Source: Eledone cirrhosa
Taxonomy: Eukaryota
Reading direction: 5' to 3'
NCBI GenBank assembly: GCA_964016885.1
Contig: OZ024740.1
Span: 426,064,001-426,128,000, forward strand
Length of the DNA: 64,000 nt
The position numbers were made by a program, and so were the translations under genes. Below the pieces are notes generated by a model. That model worked only from the letters and a program-made list of their open reading frames with translations, was not told where the DNA came from and did no database searches. This document shows, piece by piece, positions 54,401 through 64,000 of the stretch (its first letter is position 1; each line of letters opens with the position of its first letter).

Positions 54401-57400
54401 ATCTAATCCAATCAACAACCTTCTCCTATTGTTACCTGTCAATCTAATCAACAACCTTCTCCTATTGATACTTGTCAATCTAATCCAATCAACAACCTTC
54501 TCCTATTGTTACCTTTCAATCCAACAACCTTCTCCTATTTTTACCTGTCAATCCAATCAACAACCGGCTCCTATTGTTACCTGTCAATCTAATCCAATCA
54601 ACAACCGTCTCCTATTGTTACCTGTCAATCTAATCCAATCAACAACCTTCTCCTTTTTTTACCTGTCAATCCAATCAACAACCGTCTCCTATTGTTACCT
54701 GTCAATCTAATCCAATGAACAACCGTCTCCTATTGTTTCCTGTCAATCCAATCAACAACCTTCTCCTATTGTTACCTGTCAATGTAATCCAATCAACAAC
54801 CTTTCTCCTATTTTTACCTGTCAATCCAATCAACAACCGTCTCCTATTGTTACCTGTCAATCTAATCCAATCAACAACCTTCTCCTATTGTTACCTGTCA
54901 ATCTAATCCAATCAACAACCTTCTCCTATTGTTACCTGTCAATCTAATCCAATAAACAACCTTCTCCTATTGTTAGCTGTCAATCTAATCCAATCAACAA
55001 CCGTCTCCTATTGTTACCTGTCAATCTAATCCAATCAACAACCTTCTCCTATTGTTACCTGTCAATGTAATCCAATCAACAACCTTTCTCCTATTTTTAC
55101 CTGTCAATCCAATCAACAACCGTCTCCTATTGTTACCTGTCAATCTAATCCAATCAACAACCTTCTCCTATTGTTACATGTCAATCTAATCCAATCAACA
55201 ACCTTCTCCTATTGTTACCTGTCAATCTAATCCAATAAACAACCTTCTCCTATTGTTAGCTGTCAATCTAATCCAATCAACAACCGTCTCCTATTGTTAC
55301 CTGTCAATCTAATCCAATCAACAACCTTCTCCCATTGTTACCTGTCAATCTAATCAACAACCGTCTCCTATTCTTACCTGTCAATCTAATCAACAATCGT
55401 CTCCTATTGTTACCTGTCAATCCAATCATCAAGCTTCTCCTATTTTTACCTGTGAATCCAATCAAGAGCCGTCTCCTATTGTTACCTGTCAATCTAATCC
55501 AATCAACAACCTTCTCCAATTCTTACCTGTCAATCTAATCAACAGCATTCTCCTATTGTTACCTGTCAATCTAATCCAATCAACAACCTTCTCCTATTGT
55601 TACCTGTCAATCTAATCCAATCAACAACCGTCTCCTATTGTTACCTGTCAATCTAATCCAATCAACAACCTTCTCCCATTGTTACCTCTCAATCTAATCA
55701 ACAACCGTCTCCTATTGTTACCTGTCAATCCAATCACGAACCGTCTCCTATTGTTACCTGTCAATCTAATCCAATCAACAACCTTCTCCTATTGTTACCT
55801 GTCAATCTAATCCAATCAACAACATTCTCCTATTGTTACCTGTCAATCTAATCCAATCAACAACTGTCTCCTATTGTTACCTGTCAATCTAATCCAATCA
55901 ACAACCTTCTCCTATTGTTACCTCTCAATCTAATCAACAACCGTCTCCTATTGTTACCTGTCAATCTTATCAACAACCGTCTCCTATTTATACCTGTCAA
56001 TCCAATCACGTACCGTCTCCTATTGTTACCTGTCAATCTAATCCAATCAACAACCTTCTCCTATTGTTACCTGTCAATCTAATCAACAACCTTCTCCTAT
56101 TGTTACTTGTCAATCTAATCCAATCAACAGCCTTCTCCTATTGTTACTTTTCAATCCAATCAACAACCTTCTCCTATTTTTACCTGTCAATCCAATCAAC
56201 AACCGCCTCCTATTGTTACCTGTCAATCTAATCCAATCAACAACCTTCTCCTATTGTTACCTGTCAATCTAATCAACAACCTTCTCCTATTGTTACCTGT
56301 CAATCTGATCCAATCAACAATCTTCTCCTATTGTTACCTGTCAATCCAATCAACAACCTATTGTTACATGTCAATCCACTCAACAATCTTCTCCTATTGT
56401 TACCTGTCAATCCAATCAACAGCCTTATCCTATTACCTGTCAATCCAATCAACAACCGTCTCCTATTGTTACCGGTCAAACTAATCCAATCAACAATCTT
56501 CTCCTATTGTTACCTGTCAATCCAATCAACAACCGTCTCCTATTGTTACCTGTCAATCCAATCATCAACCTTCTCCTATTTTTACCTGTGAATCCAATCA
56601 AGAACCGTCTCCTATTGTTACCTGTCAATCTAATCCAATCAACAACCGTCTCCTATTGTTACCTATCAATCTAATCCAATCAACAACCTTCTCCAATTCT
56701 TACCTGTCAATCTAATCAACAATATTCTCCTATTGTTACCTGTCAATCTAATCCAATCAACAACCTTCTCCTATTGTTACCTGTCAATCTAATCCAATCA
56801 ACAACCGTCTCCTATTGTTACCTGTCAATCTAATCCAATCAACAACCTTCTCCCATTGTTACCTCTCAATCTAATCAACAACCGTCTCCTATTGTTACAT
56901 GTCAATCCAATCACGAACCGTCTCCTATTGTTACCTGTCAATCTAATCCAATCAACAACCTTCTCCCATTGTTACCTGTCAATCTAATAAACAACCGTCA
57001 ACTATTTTTACCTGTCAATCTAATCAACAACCGTCTTCTATTGTTACCTGTCAATCCAATCAACAACCGTCTCCTATTGTTACTTGTCAATCTAATCCAA
57101 TCAACAACCTTCTCCTATTGTTACCTGTCAATGTAATCCAATCAACAACCTTCTCCTATTGTTACCCGTCAATCTAATCCAATCAACAACCTTCTCCTAT
57201 TGTTAGCTGTCACTCTAATCCAATCAACAACCGTCTCCTATTGTTACCTGTCAATCTAATCCAATCAACAACCTTCTCCTATTGTTACCTGTCAATCCAA
57301 TCAACAACCTATTGTTAGTTATCAATCCAATCAACAACCTATTGTTACCTGTCAATCCAATCAACAACGTTCTCCTCTTGTTACCTGTCAATCTAATCAA

Positions 57401-60400
57401 CAACCGTCTCCAATTGTTACCTGTCAATCTAATCCAATCAACAACCTTCTCCTATTGTTACCTGTTAATACAATCAACAACCTTCTCCTATTGTTACCTG
57501 TCAATCCAATCAACAACCTTCTCCTATTGTTACCTGTCAATCTAATCCAATCAACAACCTTCTCCTATTGTTACCTGTCAATCCAATCAACAACCGTCTA
57601 CTATTGTTACCTGTCAATCTAATCCAATCAACAACCTTCTCCTATTGTTACCTGTCAATCCAATCAACAACCTATTGTTAGTTATCAATCCAATCAACAA
57701 CCTATTGTTACCTGTCAATCCAATCAACAACCGTCTCCTATCGTTACCTGTCAATCCAATCAACAATCTTCTCCTATTGTTACCTGTCAATCCAATCAAC
57801 AACCTTCTCCTATTACCTGTCAATCCAATCACGAACCGTCTCCTATTGTTACCTGTCAATCTAATCCAATCAACAACCTTCTCCCATTGTTACCTGTCAA
57901 TCTAATAAACAACCGTCAACTATTTTTACCTGTCAATCTAATCAACAACCGTCTTCTATTGTTACCTGTCAATCCAATCAACAACCGTCTCCTATTGTTA
58001 CTTGTCAATCTAATCCAATCAACAACCTTCTCCTATTGTTACCTGTCAATCTAATCCAATCAACAACCTTCTCCTATTGTTACCCGTCAATCTAATCCAA
58101 TCAACAACCTTCTCCTATTGTTAGCTGTCACTCTAATCCAATCAACAACCGTCTCCTATTGTTACCTGTCAATCTAATCCAATCAACAACCTATTGTTAC
58201 CTGTCAATCCAATCAACAACCTTCTCCTCTTGTTACCTGTCAATCTAATCAACAACCGTCTCCAATTGTTACCTGTCAATCTAATCCAATCAACAACCTT
58301 CTCCTATTGTTACCTGTTAATACAATCAACAACCTTCTCCTATTGTTACCTGTCAATCCAATCAACAACCTTCTCCTATTGTTACCTGTCAATCTAATCC
58401 AATCAACAACCTTCTCCTATTGTTACCTGTCAATCCAATCAACAACCGTCTACTATTGTTACCTGTCAATCTAATCCAATCAACAACCTTCTCCTATTGT
58501 TACCTGTCAATCCAATCAACAACCTATTGTTAGTTATCACTCCAATCAACAACCTATTGTTACCTGTCAATCCAATCAACAACCGTCTCCTATCGTTACC
58601 TGTCAATCCAATCAACAATCTTCTCCTATTGTTACCTGTCAATCCAATCAACAACCTTCTCCTATTACCTGTCAATCCAATCAAGAACCGTCTCCTATTG
58701 TTACCTGTCAATCTAATCCAATCAACAACATTCTCCCATTGTTACCTGTCAATCTAATCAAAAACCGACACCTATTGTTACCTGTCAATCTAATCAACAA
58801 CCGTCTTCTATTGTTACCTGTTAATCCAATCATCAACCTCCTCATATTTTTACCTGTCAATCCAATCAAGAACCGTCTCCTAGTGTTACCTGTCAATCTA
58901 ATTCAATCAACAACCGTCTTCTATTGTTACCTGTCAATCTAATCCAATCAACAACCTTCTCCTATTGTTACCTGTCAATCTAATCCAATCAACAACATTC
59001 TCCTATTGTTACCTGTCAATCTAATCCAGTCAACAGCCTTCTCCTATTGTTACCTGTCAATCTAATCCAATCAACAAACTTTTCCCATTGTTAGCTGTCA
59101 ATCTAATCCAATCAACAACCGTCTCCTATTGATACCTGTCAATCTAATCCAATCAACAACCTTCTCCATTTTTACCTGTCAATCCAATCAAGAACCGTCT
59201 CCTAGTGTTACCTGTCAATCTAATCCATTCAACAACCTTCTCCTATTGTTACCTGTCAATCTAATCCAATCAACAACCTTCTCCTATTGTTACCTGTCAA
59301 TCTAATCCAATCAACAACCTTCTCCTATTGTTAGCTGTCAATCTAATCCAATCAACAACCGTCTCCTATTGTTACCTGTCAATCTAATCAACAACCGTCT
59401 CCTATTGTTACCTGTCAATCTAATCCAATCAACAACCTTCTCCTATTGTTAACTGTCAATCCAATCAACAACCTTCTCCTATTGTTACCTGTCAATCCAA
59501 TCAACAACCTATTGTTACCTGTCAATCCAATCAACAACCTTCTCCTATTGTTACCTGTCAATCCAATCAACAACCTTCTCCTATTACCTGTCAATCCAAT
59601 CAACAATCGTCTCCTATTGTTACCTGTCAATCTAATCCAATCAACAACCTTCTCCTATTGTTACCTGTCAATCTAATCAACAACCGTCTTCTATTGTTAC
59701 CTGTCAATCCAATCATCAACCTTCTCCTATTTTTACCTGTCAATCCAATCAAGAACCGTCTCCTAGTGTTACCTGTCAATCTAATCCAATCAACAACCGT
59801 CTTCTATTGTTACCTGTCAATCTAATCCAATCAACAACCTTCTCCTATTGTTACCTCTCAATCTAATCCAATCAACAACATTCTCCTATTGTTACCTGTC
59901 AATCTAATCCAGTCAACAACCTTCTCCTATTGTTACCTCTCAATCTAATCCAATCAACAACCTACTCCTATTGTTAGCTGTCAATCTAATCCAATCAACA
60001 ACCGTCTGCTATTGTTACCTGTCAATCCAATCAACAATCTTCTCCTATTGTTACCTGTCAATCCAATCAACAGCATTCTCCTATTACTTGTCAATCCAAT
60101 CAACAACCGGCTCCTATTGTTACCTGTCAATCTAATCCAATCAACAACCGTCTCCTATTGTTACCTGTCAATCTAATCCAATCAACAACCTTCTCCTATT
60201 GTTACCTCTCAATCCAATCAACAACCCTCTCCTATTGTTACCTGTCAATCCAATCAACAATCTTCTCCTATTGTTACCTGTCAATCCAATCAACAACCTT
60301 CTCCTATTACTTGTCAATCCAATCAACAACCGTCTCCTATTGTTACCTGTTAATCTAATCCAATCAACAACCTTCTCCCATTGTTACCTGTCAATCTAAT

Positions 60401-63400
60401 CAACAACCGTCACCTATTGTTACCTGTCAATCTAATCAACAACCGTCTTCTATTGTTACCTGTCAATCCAATCAAGAACCGTCTCCTAGTGTTACCTGTC
60501 AATCTAATCCAATCAACAACCGTCTCCTATTGTTACCTGTCAATCTAATCCAATCAATAACCTTCTCCTTTTTTACCTGTCAATCCAATCAACAACCGTC
60601 TCCTATTGTTACCTGTCAATGTAATCCAATCAACAACCTTCTCATATTGTTACCTGTCAATCCAATCAACAACCTTCTCCTATTTTTGCCCTTCAATCCA
60701 ATCAAGAACCGTCTCCTATTGTTACCTGTCAATCTAATCCAATCAACAACTTTCTCCGATTGTTACCTGTCAATCTAATCCAATCGACAACATTCTCCTA
60801 TTGTTACCTGTCAATCTAATCCAATCAACAAACTTCTCCTATTGTTAGCTGTCAATCTAATCCAATGAACAACCGTCTCCTATTGTTACCTGTCAATCTA
60901 ATCCAATCAACAACCTTCTCCTATTGTTACCTGTCAATCCAATCAACAACCTTCTCCTATTGTTACCTGTCAATCCAATCAACAACCTTCTCCTATTGTT
61001 ACCTGTCAATCTAATCCAATCAACAACCTTCTCCTATTGTTACCTGTCAATCCAATCAACAACCCTCTCCTATTGTTACCTGTCAATCCAATCAACAATC
61101 TTCTCCTATTGTTACCTGTCAATCCAATCAACAACCTTCTCCTATTACCTGTCAATCCAATCAACAACCGTCTCCTATTGTTACCTGTCAATCTAATCCA
61201 ATCAACAAACTTCTCCCATTGTTACCTGTCAATCTAATCAACAACCGTCACCTATTGTTACCTGTCAATCTAATCAACAACCGTCTTCTATTGTTACTTG
61301 TCAATCCAATCAAGAACCGTCTCCTAGTGTTACCTGTCAATCTAATCCAATCAACAACCGTCTTCTATTGTTACCTGTCAATCTAATCCAATCAACAACC
61401 TTCTCCTATTGTTACCTGTCAATCTAATCCAATCAACAACATTCTCCTATTGTTACCTGTCAATCTAATCCAGTCAACAACCTTCTCCTATTGTTACCTG
61501 TCAATCCAATCAAATCAAAAACCTTCTCCTATTGTTAGCTGTCAATGTAATCCAATCAACAACCGTCTCCTATTGTTACCTGTTAATCCAATCAACAATC
61601 TTCTCCTATTGTTACCTGTCAATCCAATCAACAGCCTTCTCCTATTACTTGTCAATCCGATCAACAACCGTCTCCTAGTGTTACCTGTCAATCTAATCCA
61701 ATCAACAACCTTCTCCTATTGTTACCTGTCAATCTAATCCAATCAACAACCGTCTCCTATTGTTACCTGTCAATCTAATCCAATCAACAACCTTCTCCTA
61801 TTGTTACCTGTCAATCAAGTCAACAACCTTCTCATATTGTTACGTGTCAATCTAATCCAATCAACAACCTTCTCCTATTGTTACCTGTCAATCTAATCAA
61901 CAACCTTCTCCTATTGTTACCTATCAATCTAATCCAATCAACAACCTTCTCCTATTGTTACCTGTCAATCTAATCCAATCAACAACCGTCTCCTATTGTT
62001 ACCTGTCAATCTAATCAATCAACAACCTACTCCTATTTTTACCTGTCAATCCAATCAACAACCGTCTCCTATTGTTACCTGTCAATCTAATCCAATGAAC
62101 AACCTTATCCTATTGTTCCCTGTCAATCCAATCAACAACCTTCTCCTATTGTTACCTGTCAATCTAATCCAATCAACAACCTTTCCTATTGTTACCTGTC
62201 AATCTAATCCAATCAACACCCTTCTCCTATTTTTACCTGTCAATCCAATCAACAACCGTCTCCAATTGTTACCTGTCAATCTAATCCAATCAACAACCTT
62301 CTCCTATTGTTACCTGTTAATCTAATCCAATCAACAACCTTCTCCAATTGTTAACTGTCAATCTAATCCAATCAACAACCTTCTCCTATTGTTAGCTGTC
62401 AATCTAATCCAATCAACAACCGTCTCCTATTGTTACCTGTCAATCTAATCCAATCAACAACCTATTGTTACCTGTCAATCCAATCAACAACCTTCTCCTA
62501 TTGTTACATGTCAATCTAATCCAATCCACAACCTTCTCCTATTTCTACCTGTCAATCCAATCAACAACCTTCTCCTATTGTTACCTGTCAATCCAATCAA
62601 CAACCTTCTCCTATTGTTACCTGTCAATCTAATCCAATTAACAACCTTCTCCTATTGTTACCTGTCAATCTAATCCAATCAACAACCTTCTCCTATTTTT
62701 ACCTGTCAATCCAATCAACAACCTTCTCCTATTGTTACCTGTCAATCCAATCAACAACCTTCTCCTATTGTTACCTGTCAATCTAATCCAATTAACAACC
62801 ATGTCCTATTGTTACCTGCCAATCTAATCCAATCAACAACCTTCTCCTATTTTTACCTGTCAATCCAATCAACAACCTTCTCCTATTGTTACCTGTCAAT
62901 CTAATCCAATTAACAACCTTCTCCTATTGTTACCTGTCAATCTAATCCAATCAATAACCTTCTCCTATTTTTACCTGTCAATACAATCAACAACCTTCTC
63001 CTATTGTTACCTGTCAATCCAATCAACAACCGTCTCCTATCGTTACCTGTCAATCTAATCCAATCAACAACCTTCTCCTATTGTTACCTGTCAATCCAAT
63101 CAACAACCTATTGTTACCTGTCAATCCAATCAACAACCGTCTCCTATTGTTACCTGTCAATCCAATCCTCAATCTTCTCCTATTGTTACCTGTCAATCCA
63201 ATCAACAACCTTCTCCTATTACCTGTCAATCCAATCAACAACCGTCTCCTATTGTTACCTGACAATCTAATCCAATCAACAACCGTCACCTATTGTTACC
63301 TGTCAATCTAATCAACAACCGTCTCCTATTGTTACCTGTCAATCCAATCAACAATCTTCTCCTATTGTTACCTGTCAATCCAATCAACAACCTTCTCCTA

Positions 63401-64000
63401 TTACCTGTCAATCCAATCATCAACCTTCTCCTATTTTTGCCTGTCAATCCAATCAAGAACCGTCTCCTATTGTTACTTGTCAATCTAATCCAATCAACAA
63501 CCTTCTCCCATTGTTACCTGTCAATCCAATCAACAACCTTCTCTTATTTTTACCTGTCAATCTAATCCAATCAACAACCTTCTCCTATTGTTACCTGTCA
63601 ATCTAATCAACAACCTTCTCTTATTTTTACCTGTCAATCTAATCCAATCAACAACCTTCTCCTATTGTTACCTGTCAATCTAATCAACAACCTTCTCTTA
63701 TTTTTACCTGTCAATCTAATCCAATCAAGAACCGTCTTCTATTGTTACCTGTCAATCTAATCCAATCAACAACCTTCTCCTATTGTTACCTGTCAATCTA
63801 ATCAACAACCGTCTCCTATTGTTACCTGTCAATCTAATCCAATCAACAACCTTCTCCTATTGTTACCTGTCAATCTAATCAACAACCTTCTCCTATTGTT
63901 ACCTGTCAATCTAATCCAATCAACAACCTTCTCCTATTGTTACCTGTCAATCTAATCAACAACCTTCTCCTATTGCTACCTGTCAATCTAATCCAATCAA
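45401..64000 (+). repeat. Satellite array, monomer TTACCTGTCAATCTAATCCAATCAACAACCTTCTCCTATTG (41 bp; 36- and 30-bp variants) with higher-order repeats
   Basis: Direct reading; the marker ttagcggtcaaactaatccagtc recurs at ~48939, ~50487 and ~53788 (offsets 1548 and 3301); runs off the window end. Confidence 0.97.

Noticed and set aside
45401-64000. CRISPR-like array of 36-41-bp repeats, or repeated short ORFs
   Set aside because: Repeats are contiguous with no unique spacers, no cas genes are present, and the context is eukaryotic.

Overview
Repeat-saturated, AT-rich eukaryotic DNA with no recognisable host gene. The SINE/RTE repeat families and microsatellite density suggest an octopus or other cephalopod genome (inference). 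Nearly all ORF-track entries are artefacts of simple repeats. Real coding remnants are all retroelements: a Penelope-like element (PLE) with RT plus C-terminal GIY-YIG (~6.7-9.1 kb), duplicated PLE RT fragments, two R4/Dong-like RLE LINE 3' ends, a long RTE LINE with a PHD-like Zn finger, and smaller LINE relics. A 15-bp minisatellite (15-20 kb) and a 36/41-bp satellite with higher-order repeats (45.4-64 kb) fill much of the window. The most striking non-coding signal is a set of type I hammerhead ribozyme (HHR) motifs with short, mostly palindromic helix III, from about five sequence families, all beside (TA)n tracts. One family forms asymmetric fold-back (inverted) elements of variable length with an outward-reading HHR in each arm, consistent with non-autonomous PLE-derived ribozyme fold-back elements that target (TA)n. 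All structures were folded by eye and boundaries are approximate.
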